Source of the DNA: a virus
Lineage: Duplodnaviria > Caudoviricetes
IMG/VR virus record: IMGVR_UViG_3300028591_000146
Coordinates: 1-64,000 of that record
Strand: one strand, 5' to 3'
Length of the DNA: 64,000 nt
Shown: piece by piece, positions 40,609 to 50,444 of the stretch
How positions within the stretch are numbered: position 1 is the stretch's first letter
How the letters are laid out: every line of letters begins with the position of its first letter
Position numbers and translations under genes: made by a program
The notes under the pieces: model-generated
The model's database searches: none
Seen by the model: only the letters and a program-made list of their open reading frames with translations
What the model was told of the DNA's origin: nothing

Positions 40609-41079
40609 TTAGTTCTTATCGCTGTCAGTCATACCTGCGATCTTGTTTCTGATTCCTTTCACGTGATCAACCGCAGATTTTATGTTTGCGATCTCATTTG
40701 TGATTGACATTGCATAGGTGTCGATGCCTTTTACTATATCATTGGTTCTGCTTTCCTGAGAGTTTATTCTGTTTTCGAGCTTCTGGAATTTCGCATCAGA
40801 ATCGATGCGATTGAGACGAGTATTACGCTCTCTCATTTCCTCGAGCTCCTTTTCAGACTTTCTTCTTGCCTCAGCCTGCTCAGCATCGTGCTTGTTCTGC
40901 TGAGCAAGAACCTCTTTGATGAGAGTTCCTACTACAGGCAGCGCCTTGTTAAGTGTCTCACCTGAGGTCTTCATGTCCTCAGCGGATACTTCAGTTGCGA
41001 GATTGAGTTCGTCGAGATTGACGTTTACACCACTGTCGTTGAAGTTGAAGCCCTTGATTGAAATGTTGAAGTTTGCCAT
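40609..41079 (-). CDS. Small coiled-coil protein in early cassette
   Basis: 156 aa, SD AAGGAGG; own promoter and leader. Confidence 0.8.
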   Translation of the reverse strand: MANFNISIKGFNFNDSGVNVNLDELNLATEVSAEDMKTSGETLNKALPVVGTLIKEVLAQQNKHDAEQAEARRKSEKELEEMRERNTRLNRIDSDAKFQKLENRINSQESRTNDIVKGIDTYAMSITNEIANIKSAVDHVKGIRNKIAGMTDSDKN

Positions 41080-41115
41080 AATGATCCTCCTTAAAAGATC
41101 ACACTCCGAAGAGTG

Positions 41116-41134
41116 GGGGTTGACTAGACCCCTA
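41116..41134 (-). repeat. 19-nt leader hairpin TAGGGGTCTAGTCAACCCC (copy A)
   Basis: Identical to 46942..46960 on the + strand. Confidence 0.85.
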
Positions 41135-41181
41135 GTAAAATATAAATATGTATACTTTGAATACTTGAGCCATTCTGCTCT

Positions 41182-41225
41182 TTCTTCATATTAATAATAT
41201 ATATATGGAATTATAAAATTCTAGA
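41182..41225 (-). promoter_or_regulatory. Early-type promoter, extended version
   Basis: rc CTAGAATTTTATAATTCCATATATATATTATTAATATGAAGAA, near-identical to 46856..46898. Confidence 0.7.
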
Positions 41226-41329
41226 TATAAATATATTCTTATAACTATATCATACTGAATTTGTAATTAGATATACACTGTATATCTATATGAACAGATA
41301 ATATTATTTCAAAGGACGGGTGATAATTA

Positions 41330-43201
41330 ATGCCTAACGACAAGCTTGATGAATTACTGCGTAGACACGCAGAAGCTAATGATATCACTACACCTGATAC
41401 AGTAGAGAACACTCCTCAGGTTAATGATTTCAAGGAAACCCCAGTAAAACCTACACCACAGCAAGCACCTTCTATATCAACTGATCCTCAGGTTGATGAA
41501 ATCGATGATGATGATACTGATTATGATCCATACATCGATTATGGTGATGATGATCAGGAAGCTGAACTCAAAGCTGAAGAAGAAGCTATCATGAGTGAAC
41601 GTGAGAAGCTCTATAAGGAAGCTACAAAGAATAAGATTCCTGATGCTTTCCAACCACCGGATGAAAAGGATATGAATTACAACAGAGAAGCTATTGGATT
41701 TCAATCTGAAAAACTCGCAATCGTTGCACAGATGGTCAATAGAGTTGTTGCGAAGTATCATATTATATCCGGAGAAATTCCACCTGTAAGAGAACTCGAC
41801 AACGGTATGGTTGTCCAGAAGATGCATATCATGGGTGAACTCATTGATATCTATCACACCAGCGGTGAGAAGATTACTCCTGAATTTGAGAGTCTCATTC
41901 TCAACAACTGGGTTCTTCCTAATGGTAAAACTGCAAGAGAAGAACTCGATGAGAAAGGTTCAATCGGTGATGTAGCTCCGGCTAATAACAACACGACTCA
42001 GACTCCTGTTGTTGCTGAAGCTCCTGACGTTGCAGCTGAGATCAACATCAATGTTGAACCCAATACTCCGGTTACATTGAATATCGATGAATCTCTTACC
42101 GCTAATATCAATAAGAGCCGTGAGATCAATGTAAACGTTAAAGAGATTTCTTCTGAAGATCTCAGTAAACGTGTCATTGTTAACAACTCTATTGAACAAG
42201 GTGTTATCAAGCCATATGATAGTGGTATCAATGATCAACCTTTGACACTCCCTCGCTCAGCATACAGATGTACTGTATCTGCAATAAACTGGTTCGACTT
42301 TATTAAACTTACAATGGCTGCACCAACTGCAAGTATGGGTGATGAAGAACTTCGTAAGTGGAGTATCATTTATAAACATATTAAGAATGTATCAATCGGT
42401 GAGTTCGCAGACTTTGCAGACTTCTTACAGAAGACAAAGTTTGGTGATAGAGAACTTCTGATGTGGGCGTTACTCGTTGCAACTGCAAATCCTGAAGAGA
42501 CTATTCCTCTCAGATGTGGTAATCCTGATTGTAAAAAGGTAACCACTGTGAAGTACATGCCATCAAAGCTTATTCACTTTAATGAAGACGCTCTTCCTAA
42601 ACACTATAAGGATATCGCTGAAGCTGTTGGTGAACAGGCTGTACAGTTATTCAAAGAAAAGTCTGATACTCATGTTCTCTATACACTTCCGACTACTGGT
42701 ATTACAGTAGAACTCAGAGAACCAAGTGTTTGGGAACAGATCTATGAGAAGATGCCTCTGATGAATGATCTTTATAAACGTTATAAGCCTACAGGTGATA
42801 TGACAGCTGATATGAAGAGACATGCTGAAGAAACTGGTGAAGCTGGATTCGATGACGATATGATGGAATTCCAGGTCATGCTTTCAATGATGCTCACAAT
42901 CTCAGCTATCATCATTCATAAAGACGGTACTGATTATCGTTATGATAAATGGGATAGAATCGAAGAGATCATAACAACATCTCTCGATACTGTTGATTCC
43001 GGAGTTCTTATCAAACTTGCTCAGGTTGTAAGTGAAAAGAGTAACTGTTTCTCATTCTATATCGAAGATTTCGTTTGTCCACACTGTGGTCGCCGCGAGC
43101 CTCGTGTTCCGATAACAGACATCTCGAACACACTGCTTTCCCAATTATCTCGACGGCTGACCAATATAGAAATCAACTTGAACGAAATGGGATTGAGTTG
43201 A
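41330..43201 (+). CDS. Putative baseplate hub assembly protein (T4 gp26/gp51-like C-terminal part) with acidic N-terminal extension
   Basis: CGNPDC and CPHCG Zn motifs, LPTTGITVELREPS; D/E/P-rich N-terminus. Confidence 0.45.
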   Translation: MPNDKLDELLRRHAEANDITTPDTVENTPQVNDFKETPVKPTPQQAPSISTDPQVDEIDDDDTDYDPYIDYGDDDQEAELKAEEEAIMSEREKLYKEATKNKIPDAFQPPDEKDMNYNREAIGFQSEKLAIVAQMVNRVVAKYHIISGEIPPVRELDNGMVVQKMHIMGELIDIYHTSGEKITPEFESLILNNWVLPNGKTAREELDEKGSIGDVAPANNNTTQTPVVAEAPDVAAEININVEPNTPVTLNIDESLTANINKSREINVNVKEISSEDLSKRVIVNNSIEQGVIKPYDSGINDQPLTLPRSAYRCTVSAINWFDFIKLTMAAPTASMGDEELRKWSIIYKHIKNVSIGEFADFADFLQKTKFGDRELLMWALLVATANPEETIPLRCGNPDCKKVTTVKYMPSKLIHFNEDALPKHYKDIAEAVGEQAVQLFKEKSDTHVLYTLPTTGITVELREPSVWEQIYEKMPLMNDLYKRYKPTGDMTADMKRHAEETGEAGFDDDMMEFQVMLSMMLTISAIIIHKDGTDYRYDKWDRIEEIITTSLDTVDSGVLIKLAQVVSEKSNCFSFYIEDFVCPHCGRREPRVPITDISNTLLSQLSRRLTNIEINLNEMGLS

Positions 43202-43401
43202 TCAACACGGCTCAACTATTGAAGCATATTATACCAATAGAGGTACTGATGAACCTACCTTTGTCATTTGTACATCGCCTAAGAGACTTAAGAATTGAGC
43301 AATTAAAGGTACAGAATCAGGAAGAAGAAGCTGCAGCTCGATCAAATAAAATATCGTTCGATGCAGATACCTTGAATGACATACTCGAGGAAGGCATGTG
43401 A
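43198..43401 (+). CDS. Small protein, possible assembly-chaperone partner
   Basis: TTG overlapping upstream TGA (TTGA); IEVLMNLP..HRLRDLR. Confidence 0.5.
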   Translation: MINTAQLLKHIIPIEVLMNLPLSFVHRLRDLRIEQLKVQNQEEEAAARSNKISFDADTLNDILEEGM

Positions 43402-43549
43402 TCATATAGAGGTGATCTATATGTATACCACATTAAATGCATACGTTTATATGATAATATTGTCGAACGGATGGAGTTACGTAGTTAACAACTATGAACA
43501 AATCCGTTCCGACTATTATGCTAATAAATCAGAATCGAAGGAGTAAACC

Positions 43550-44404
43550 ATGTTTAATATAAACAGATCTCATGTTGAGGAGTTCGATAAGATTCATAAT
43601 CTCCATCGATACTTAATCAACAGAATGAATATATTCTCTCTGAATATATCTCTTATAAATAAGAAGCATCGTCATCTTGATCTGGACACATACAACAAGT
43701 GTTTCAGAAATGCCCTCAGTGATATCGAACTTAAGAGTGATCCGATTGAGACCATTGTTCCATATACTGATGAGGAAACTGATGGATTCAAGAATGACAG
43801 AAGTTTCTATTTGAACTTTGAAAATGAAGAAGCTAAGACGATCGTTGAACGTATTGATGCTGATACAATGCGTGACACATTGCTTCCTGGAAGTGAATTG
43901 CAGGCTAAGTTCGTTAACAACGAAGTATCTTTACAGGATCTTCTTGATGATGTATATCTTTATTTCATCATAACTAAATATTGTGAACAAATCGATCTAT
44001 TAAGACTTCAAGCTTTTTCAAATGCAACACCACTCATTGAATATACTGTCGACTTTGTCACAACCAAAGAACTGAAGAACTACATCAATACCAAAAGACT
44101 GAACCCAGAGAAATATGCTGAGAAATGTCAGGACATGATATTCAATCCATCGTTTGCTAAACAGGTTGAGTTCTATAAGAATGAAGAGAACTTGAAAGCA
44201 TTCGATATCAAACCTTTCGATCTTCAGGAGTTCATGATGTTAGTTGCAACCAATACAGCCATCAAGACTGATATATTGATGCTGCTTGGAATATATGGAG
44301 CTTTATCATTTGCAATCACTGAGATCAAGAAAGGTGATACCGAGAAAGTTTCACCATGTGTTGATTTCGTTAAACGTGTATCAAACGAATTTATCAACAA
44401 ATAA
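43550..44404 (+). CDS. Hypothetical protein
   Basis: 284 aa, SD AAGGAG. Confidence 0.8.
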   Translation: MFNINRSHVEEFDKIHNLHRYLINRMNIFSLNISLINKKHRHLDLDTYNKCFRNALSDIELKSDPIETIVPYTDEETDGFKNDRSFYLNFENEEAKTIVERIDADTMRDTLLPGSELQAKFVNNEVSLQDLLDDVYLYFIITKYCEQIDLLRLQAFSNATPLIEYTVDFVTTKELKNYINTKRLNPEKYAEKCQDMIFNPSFAKQVEFYKNEENLKAFDIKPFDLQEFMMLVATNTAIKTDILMLLGIYGALSFAITEIKKGDTEKVSPCVDFVKRVSNEFINK

Positions 44405-44412
44405 TGTTACTG

Positions 44413-44442
44413 AATATACCCGGGGATATCCCCGGGTATATT
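44413..44442. terminator. 30-bp perfect palindrome (terminator-like)
   Basis: AATATACCCGGGGATATCCCCGGGTATATT. Confidence 0.7.
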
Positions 44443-44450
44443 TCTCATTG

Positions 44451-44465
44451 ATATTTATATCATTA
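44451..44465 (+). promoter_or_regulatory. Early-type promoter for RNAP beta-C
   Basis: ATATTTATATCATT, same as 60411. Confidence 0.55.
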
Positions 44466-44513
44466 TTTCGGTAACAGTCATGTACTGTCCAATATTCAGA
44501 AGGAGGATTACAT

Positions 44514-46772
44514 ATGGCATATGAACTCAAAAAAGTTACATTCCACAAAGTAATGAACAACAGTTCAGACATCAAACAGAAAATGGAGTCTGTTAATAAA
44601 TACAGTCTCTGTGGAGTATCAGCACTTGGTTTCCCAGGTAAGATATCATCTGTTCGTAGCCTGATGTTCTCAAAACATGCATCTCAGAGAGTTGTTCTGA
44701 CATCTGGTGAAGTTGCTCGTATCTTTACAGGTGCAGAAGATGCATACGGAGTTTATTCATCTTACTTTGTAACAGCTAAGGATGACTACGTTCTTGAAAG
44801 GAAATTCGTCAAGTATCCTGACACACCTTATTCATCAATCTTGTATATATTCCGAAATACAAAGACTGGTAAATATGTATGTCACTTAGCTGAAGCTGTT
44901 CATTGGAACACAGAGAAGTATGGATTCCAGAACATCGATCTGTTAAATAAACCATACAGAGAAGGTTCTACAATCCCAGCAGGTACAGTAATGTCAAAGA
45001 CTACATCATACGATAAGGTTAATCATTATTGTGCTGGAGCAAATCTCAGAATACTCTACACAACACTTCATGACCTTACCGAGGATGCTATCATCTTATC
45101 ACAGTCAGCATGTGACAAGCTCAAGTATTCTATGGTAGATAAGGTTGTTGTTGATATCTCTGAGAAGATGTTTATGCTTAATAACTACGGTACACTCGAT
45201 AGTTATAAGTCATTCCCTGATATCGGTGAATCAATTCAGGATGGCGTATTATGTTCACTCAGAGAGATATCAGCCCTCTCATCTCTCAGTGAAGCGATGA
45301 TTCCTCATATCAATGATATCAACTATTACACAGATGGAATTATTACTGATATTGATATCTATAGTAATGCTACTGAGATTCAGGACAAACAGCTCAACTA
45401 TTATCATCAGCATCTCATGAGATGGTATCAGGATATCTATTCATACATATCAACTATAATATCTGATATTGACCAGGATGATTCCAAGCTTCTTGATATC
45501 TATCACAAAGCTGAGAAATATCTCACAAATGCTAAATGGTCTACCAAGGAGAAACTCCCATACATCTATGTCGTATTCAAGATACTTCAACCAAAGACCA
45601 TTGAGAAAGGTCAGAAGATTACCGGTCGTCATGGTAATAAGTCTGTAATCTCTAAGATCATCCCAGATGAACTCATGCCAAAAGATCAGTATGGTAATCA
45701 TGTTGAGATGCTTGCTAATGGATTCTGCCCGACTAACAGAATCGTTGCATTCGCACTCTATGAAGCTACTATCACTTTCCAGATGGAATGTATTCATCGT
45801 TATATTGTTGAGAATAAACTTTCTAAAGAAGAAACATTTGATATGATTATTGGATATATGGAATTATTCAATCATCAGTATGCTGCTAAGATATCAAGAA
45901 AGTGTAATCTCAACCCAGATAAAGCTTATGCTGATATCGTAAAGAATGGTCTGTATCTTATGCTTCCACCATTCCAGGAGGAAAATGTTAGAGATGCTAT
46001 TATTGCTGCATATGAGAAATGGGATGTATTCGAATACTTCGATCTTTATACAAAGCTTCGTCATCGTTGGATCAAACAGAAAGAATCATATCCAATTGGT
46101 TATCAGTATACATGGGTACTCAAACAGGAAGCTTCTAAGAACATGTCTGCAGTTGCTACTGGTAGGACTACACTTTACGATTTACCTATCAAGACATCTA
46201 ACTATAAGAATCGTAAGATGAAGTATTCTGATAATGCCATCAAGTTCGGTGAATATGATACATACGGATTCCTTCAGGTTGTTGATGTTGAGACGTTTGC
46301 TAAACTCACAACATATTATCGTGGATCTCAGTATGAGCAGAACAGCTTACTCATGTCACATCTTAATGATATGCCTATACCAGAAGGAGCAATGAACCAG
46401 TTCCCTCAGCTTGACTGTCTGAAAGCATATCTCAAAGCAATTGGTATTAAACTGGAAGATGACTTCACAGTTAACTCAATCAATGCTATAGATAAGATAG
46501 AGAATTTCAAGATAGGTAATCATGATATTGATATATCCGGAGGACATCTCAGAACTGCACTGGTTGTATATTCATACTATTCACAGTATAAGAACTATCT
46601 GAGACTTCGTAACAACAAACCAGAAGCTACTATCGATATGAATGTATTTGTACAGAAGATGCTTACATGTACAGATGTATTCATTAATAAGAATCCTGAT
46701 TTCATAAATACTGTATTCGCAATCTTCTTTGAATTGAGACCAATCTTCGATGAAGAAAAGTTCCTTAAATAA
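44514..46772 (+). CDS. Multisubunit RNA polymerase beta subunit, C-terminal part (probably non-virion RNAP)
   Basis: RSLMFSKHASQ, EDAIILS, GQKITGRHGNKSVISKI.PDELMP, IKFGEYD. Confidence 0.9.
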   Translation: MAYELKKVTFHKVMNNSSDIKQKMESVNKYSLCGVSALGFPGKISSVRSLMFSKHASQRVVLTSGEVARIFTGAEDAYGVYSSYFVTAKDDYVLERKFVKYPDTPYSSILYIFRNTKTGKYVCHLAEAVHWNTEKYGFQNIDLLNKPYREGSTIPAGTVMSKTTSYDKVNHYCAGANLRILYTTLHDLTEDAIILSQSACDKLKYSMVDKVVVDISEKMFMLNNYGTLDSYKSFPDIGESIQDGVLCSLREISALSSLSEAMIPHINDINYYTDGIITDIDIYSNATEIQDKQLNYYHQHLMRWYQDIYSYISTIISDIDQDDSKLLDIYHKAEKYLTNAKWSTKEKLPYIYVVFKILQPKTIEKGQKITGRHGNKSVISKIIPDELMPKDQYGNHVEMLANGFCPTNRIVAFALYEATITFQMECIHRYIVENKLSKEETFDMIIGYMELFNHQYAAKISRKCNLNPDKAYADIVKNGLYLMLPPFQEENVRDAIIAAYEKWDVFEYFDLYTKLRHRWIKQKESYPIGYQYTWVLKQEASKNMSAVATGRTTLYDLPIKTSNYKNRKMKYSDNAIKFGEYDTYGFLQVVDVETFAKLTTYYRGSQYEQNSLLMSHLNDMPIPEGAMNQFPQLDCLKAYLKAIGIKLEDDFTVNSINAIDKIENFKIGNHDIDISGGHLRTALVVYSYYSQYKNYLRLRNNKPEATIDMNVFVQKMLTCTDVFINKNPDFINTVFAIFFELRPIFDEEKFLK

Positions 46773-46782
46773 TACACTTATA

Positions 46783-46808
46783 TTTGGAGGGGGTTAAACC
46801 CCTCCAAA
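46783..46808. terminator. Stem-loop terminator
   Basis: TTTGGAGGGG-GTTAAA-CCCCTCCAAA. Confidence 0.65.
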
Positions 46809-46855
46809 CTGTGTAATTTTTGTATGCTGAAAAGGAAGAGAGAGGTTGATAATTC

Positions 46856-46899
46856 CTAGAATTCTGAAATTCGATATATATATTATTAATGTGAAGAAG
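46856..46899 (+). promoter_or_regulatory. Early-type promoter, extended version
   Basis: CTAGAATTCTGAAATTCGATATATATATTATTAATGTGAAGAAG. Confidence 0.7.
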
Positions 46900-46941
46900 G
46901 AGTAGAAGACTACTCTGGAATCAAAGATAAACCAATTTAAA

Positions 46942-46960
46942 TAGGGGTCTAGTCAACCCC
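46942..46960 (+). repeat. 19-nt leader hairpin TAGGGGTCTAGTCAACCCC (copy B)
   Basis: Identical to reverse complement of 41116..41134. Confidence 0.85.
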
Positions 46961-46985
46961 TTCGGATTTCAAAGGAGGAAATCTT

Positions 46986-47429
46986 ATGTTAAATATCTTT
47001 ACAATCATCAATCTCGCTGCAAACGCTGTTAACATGGGCGCAAATGCATACAGCCTTAACGGAAACAGAAGAAGACGTAAGGAAAACAAGCAGCTTGCTG
47101 ATCGTCTCGATAAGCTTGAAAGCAGCTATAAGGCTGACATGAGCAACATCCAGAAAGATCTGGATGGCATTGCAAACGGCATGAAGGAAGTTAACACAAA
47201 GCTCGAAACCATTGGTACTTGTACCAATGGAATGGGCTATGACCTTCAGCATCTGCAGGATGACACAAAGATGCTTCAGGGTAAGCTTGAAGCACTCTAT
47301 CACCAGCAGCCACAGGTTCAGCCGGTTCAGGTACAGCAGCCACAGGTTCAGGTACAGCAGCCACAGGTTCAGGTACAGCAGCCACAGGTTCAGGTACAGC
47401 AGCCACAGCAGCCAGTGTCAAATTCATAA
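46986..47429 (+). CDS. Small coiled-coil protein with N-terminal hydrophobic helix and QQPQVQV repeats
   Basis: 147 aa, SD AAGGAGG. Confidence 0.8.
   Translation: MLNIFTIINLAANAVNMGANAYSLNGNRRRRKENKQLADRLDKLESSYKADMSNIQKDLDGIANGMKEVNTKLETIGTCTNGMGYDLQHLQDDTKMLQGKLEALYHQQPQVQPVQVQQPQVQVQQPQVQVQQPQVQVQQPQQPVSNS
47304..47413 (+). repeat. 21-nt coding tandem repeat CAGCAGCCACAGGTTCAGGTA
   Basis: Three perfect units plus degenerate flanking units, encoding QQPQVQV. Confidence 0.9.
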
Positions 47430-47534
47430 AGCCGGTTGAACCGGCACGAACAGACACAAAATGGAAACTGCTTAAGATCAGAGTCGCATTAGCGGCTCTG
47501 ATCAATGGCTTTGGCGACAATGTTCAGACGGTAT

Positions 47535-47563
47535 AGAGAGCTAATTTAATTAGCTCTCTTTTT
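47535..47563 (+). terminator. Intrinsic terminator
   Basis: AGAGAGCTAATT-T-AATTAGCTCTCT-TTTT. Confidence 0.75.
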
Positions 47564-47568
47564 CTTCT

Positions 47569-49698
47569 TCAGAAGTTGTTTACTTCGTTGAAGAAACTGA
47601 TCAATGATGCTTTGGTTCTAGCAGCATATGGGTCATCTTTGTATGCTAAAGCACCGGCATATTCAGATTTGGTATAACCATACTCATCGAACTCATGCAT
47701 ATTTTTATTTGCACGAATAATGTCACGACGAATCTGTTCTTCATGTCCAGTTGTCGGAACCATGTTGTTTATAGTATCTTCTTTTGTTTTTTCTTCATAT
47801 TCATTCATAGCTTGTTTACCTGAATCGAATGTACATAAATCACGATTGATGCCAAATCTCTGAAGATCCTTACCATAGAACAATACAAATACTGTATGCA
47901 AGTATGACATTACACAGTCATCATGTGCACCAGATTCAGCAGCAATCTTACCATTCTTCAGAATAGTGAGAGTGTTCAGATCTTGTACAAGGTTTGGTGT
48001 ATTGATCTTATCACGGTGATCACGTACAAGTGTTTTCAACAATGTCATCATTTCAGTACGAACCGATGGTGATACATTGGTTCCGATGTATTGTCTACTA
48101 ATAGCTTTCTGCTTCAGAGTTGTTTCAATAGGATCAATGATAGTTGCGTTCTTAGAGATGTCAAGTCTTGGATCATGATAAACTCTTCCTATCAGACTAC
48201 CTTCCTGGAAGAAGTCCATTATAGGTTTACCAACACCATTTGCTTCTGGACAGAACAATGCACGAGGAAGCATTCTTGCAAGTTCAGTAATAACACGCAT
48301 CAAATCGAATGGACCCATGTATGGAGATTTACATTCTGCAACAACCTGAAGTGTGTATGGATGTAATATTGTAATAGCACTGTTGTCTCCACCAGTACCT
48401 GCAGCAATATCAATACCTATGAGATATGGAATAGTCAAATCAAAGTAAGGTTGATCTGACATCAAGTCTACGTTATGAACTTCGTGTTTATATACGAGCA
48501 TAACAAACTTGTTGAGAAGAAGTATCTCATAGTCATGACGTATAACATGATTGTTGATATAATCAATATCTTCCTGACGGAACAGAACTTGTTCAGCACC
48601 ACGATATCTTTGTAACAAGATACCACGACGGAACTCGTCCATCTTGTTAGCTTGGAGTGCAGCCTGATATTGTTCATTCAACCAAGCTTCACTCTTACGG
48701 AGTTGCTTGTAATCGAATTCGATATAGAATTTTGTAAGTGGAACACCATCATTTGCTGCAGATGTACCAGCAAACATTTCTTCAAGTTGATCATCCGGTA
48801 CATCATAATATTTCTCAGAGAATCGAGGAGTCGCCTCAATCATCTTCATTGCAGCTTTACCTGGAGCTGAGTCCAAGTTACCAGGTGTAGATGTATACAA
48901 TATACAAGTACGACCATGGTTCATTCTAGCAATACCACGAGCTGAGATGATAGCAGGAGAACAACCTTCGACAACGTTATCAATGTGAGGAATATATTCC
49001 CACTCATCAATGAATGCCATAAACAACGTATCACCACGAAGCAAGTCTCGAGCTGTATCAGGAGAATCTGATGAAGCTTTTACAGCGATAGTATTATTAT
49101 GAGCATCATATCTGAGTGATTTAAGTCCTGGTGGTTTACGCCATTTAACCCATGGATTTGCCCACTTAGGTCCAGCCTCAATATAGTCACGAAGCATACC
49201 AGCATTACGAGTTGAATCAGCATCTTTAAGATGTAAGTATGGAATATTGATATTCTTCTGATCATATATGAAAGCATGTTGTACTAATGCAGTTGCTGTA
49301 GTTGTTTTATAGGTCTGACGAGGTTGACATAACTCTATATCGATTGAATGTATATAACACCAGATGGTTGCATGTGCAGCACGATGTAAATAGAATCGAT
49401 ACGGTTGAGGTGCACCCTTAGCAGGAACACGAACAACTTCTCTCATATAGAACCAAACATTTTCTTTTGATTCCAATACTAAAGCTTCTACTTCACGTCT
49501 TGTCAAGTCTTCTTTAAAAGGATCGATATCTTGAACATTAAGATGTGGATACTTAACTTCCAGACACTGATACCATCGTTTTATACCAAGATCTTTTAAC
49601 TCTCGAGCTGTTTCAAGAAATGAACTATTAGATGTTCCAAAATCGTAGTAGCCTTTTTTATTAGTAATTGGATCAATTATCTCAACGATCTTACTCAT
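47569..49698 (-). CDS. terL: Terminase large subunit
   Basis: Walker A PRQTYKTTT, Walker B FIDEWE, TSTPG, RNase H nuclease GIDIAAG, PEANG, HDD. Confidence 0.9.
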   Translation of the reverse strand: MSKIVEIIDPITNKKGYYDFGTSNSSFLETARELKDLGIKRWYQCLEVKYPHLNVQDIDPFKEDLTRREVEALVLESKENVWFYMREVVRVPAKGAPQPYRFYLHRAAHATIWCYIHSIDIELCQPRQTYKTTTATALVQHAFIYDQKNINIPYLHLKDADSTRNAGMLRDYIEAGPKWANPWVKWRKPPGLKSLRYDAHNNTIAVKASSDSPDTARDLLRGDTLFMAFIDEWEYIPHIDNVVEGCSPAIISARGIARMNHGRTCILYTSTPGNLDSAPGKAAMKMIEATPRFSEKYYDVPDDQLEEMFAGTSAANDGVPLTKFYIEFDYKQLRKSEAWLNEQYQAALQANKMDEFRRGILLQRYRGAEQVLFRQEDIDYINNHVIRHDYEILLLNKFVMLVYKHEVHNVDLMSDQPYFDLTIPYLIGIDIAAGTGGDNSAITILHPYTLQVVAECKSPYMGPFDLMRVITELARMLPRALFCPEANGVGKPIMDFFQEGSLIGRVYHDPRLDISKNATIIDPIETTLKQKAISRQYIGTNVSPSVRTEMMTLLKTLVRDHRDKINTPNLVQDLNTLTILKNGKIAAESGAHDDCVMSYLHTVFVLFYGKDLQRFGINRDLCTFDSGKQAMNEYEEKTKEDTINNMVPTTGHEEQIRRDIIRANKNMHEFDEYGYTKSEYAGALAYKDDPYAARTKASLISFFNEVNNF

Positions 49699-49722
49699 TT
49701 AATAAACCTCCTTTGTTGAGAG

Positions 49723-49735
49723 TTATCCGTTGGTT
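49723..49735 (-). promoter_or_regulatory. Late-type promoter AC-N7-TAA
   Basis: rc AACCAACGGATAA upstream of terL; motif recurs before other late genes. Confidence 0.5.
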
Positions 49736-49755
49736 TTCGATAATAATAAGATTCC

Positions 49756-49781
49756 ATATATATATTATTAATGTGGAGAAG
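49756..49781 (+). promoter_or_regulatory. Early-type promoter
   Basis: ATATATATATTATTAATGTGGAGAAG. Confidence 0.65.
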
Positions 49782-49846
49782 TAGAAATACTTCACCAGTA
49801 TGAATACCCACATTTCAAGCTTTCCACTTTTGAAAGGAGTGATCTA

Positions 49847-50221
49847 ATGAAAGCTGTATTATGCGAAGCTCGTCACGAGCATCCTGCAATCAATGGTTTA
49901 CCCGCAATATACCCCAAGCAGGTGAACCCCATGGACTTTGGTCAGCTTGATCAGTTAGCGGCTGACTTCATGCTGTCACCTGTCAATTCAACCGATCTGG
50001 CTCTTAACGGGCTTGACCTGTACGTCACAGGTCTGACCCCGGCGGTCATCGCCGTAGTGCGTCAGTCTATCAATCTGAGTGTTGAGTTAAGGCTATGGCA
50101 TTATGATCGTCAGACTGACGATTATGTCTGCCAGCCTGTAATCAGCACATGTATCGAGGAGCAGGCGTACGATTCCTATGGGGTCACAGTACCCTATGCT
50201 CCGAAGCTCTCAACTAACTGA
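49847..50221 (+). CDS. Hypothetical accessory protein
   Basis: 124 aa, SD AAGGAG; LDLYVTGLT motif; visibly higher GC than neighbours. Confidence 0.75.
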   Translation: MKAVLCEARHEHPAINGLPAIYPKQVNPMDFGQLDQLAADFMLSPVNSTDLALNGLDLYVTGLTPAVIAVVRQSINLSVELRLWHYDRQTDDYVCQPVISTCIEEQAYDSYGVTVPYAPKLSTN

Positions 50222-50234
50222 AGGGAGGAGTTTT

Positions 50235-50444
50235 ATGATCGTAAGTTTAATGATTCTCAGTCTTGTAATTATCCTCATTAACACGGTCAAGCCAAGTATC
50301 AGCGGTACGCAGATCGTTAGCGTTATCGCAACGATATACGTTATGCCAGCACTCATGGCAATGGTTGCAGGTGCAATGGTAATCATACCCATTAAGCGCC
50401 TGACAAAGCTGTTCAAGAAGAAGGGAGGAGGTGAAGCTGCATGA
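50235..50444 (+). CDS. Small membrane protein (two hydrophobic helices)
   Basis: SD GGAGGAG before ATG 50235; hydrophobic segments, basic tail. Confidence 0.7.
   Translation: MIVSLMILSLVIILINTVKPSISGTQIVSVIATIYVMPALMAMVAGAMVIIPIKRLTKLFKKKGGGEAA

Noticed and set aside
43075-43401. Programmed -1 frameshift (lambda G/GT style) extending ORF 41330
   Set aside because: No in-frame X XXY YYZ slippery site found; TTG at 43198 overlapping the TGA explains the gene by translational coupling
41116-46960. Invertible segment bounded by 19-bp inverted repeats
   Set aside because: Repeats sit inside leaders of outward-facing genes and form RNA hairpins; no recombinase in the window
47304-47413. CRISPR-like repeat array
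   Set aside because: Repeats are contiguous 21-mers with no spacers and encode QQPQVQV in frame; the minus-strand AAVPEPV ORF is its shadow
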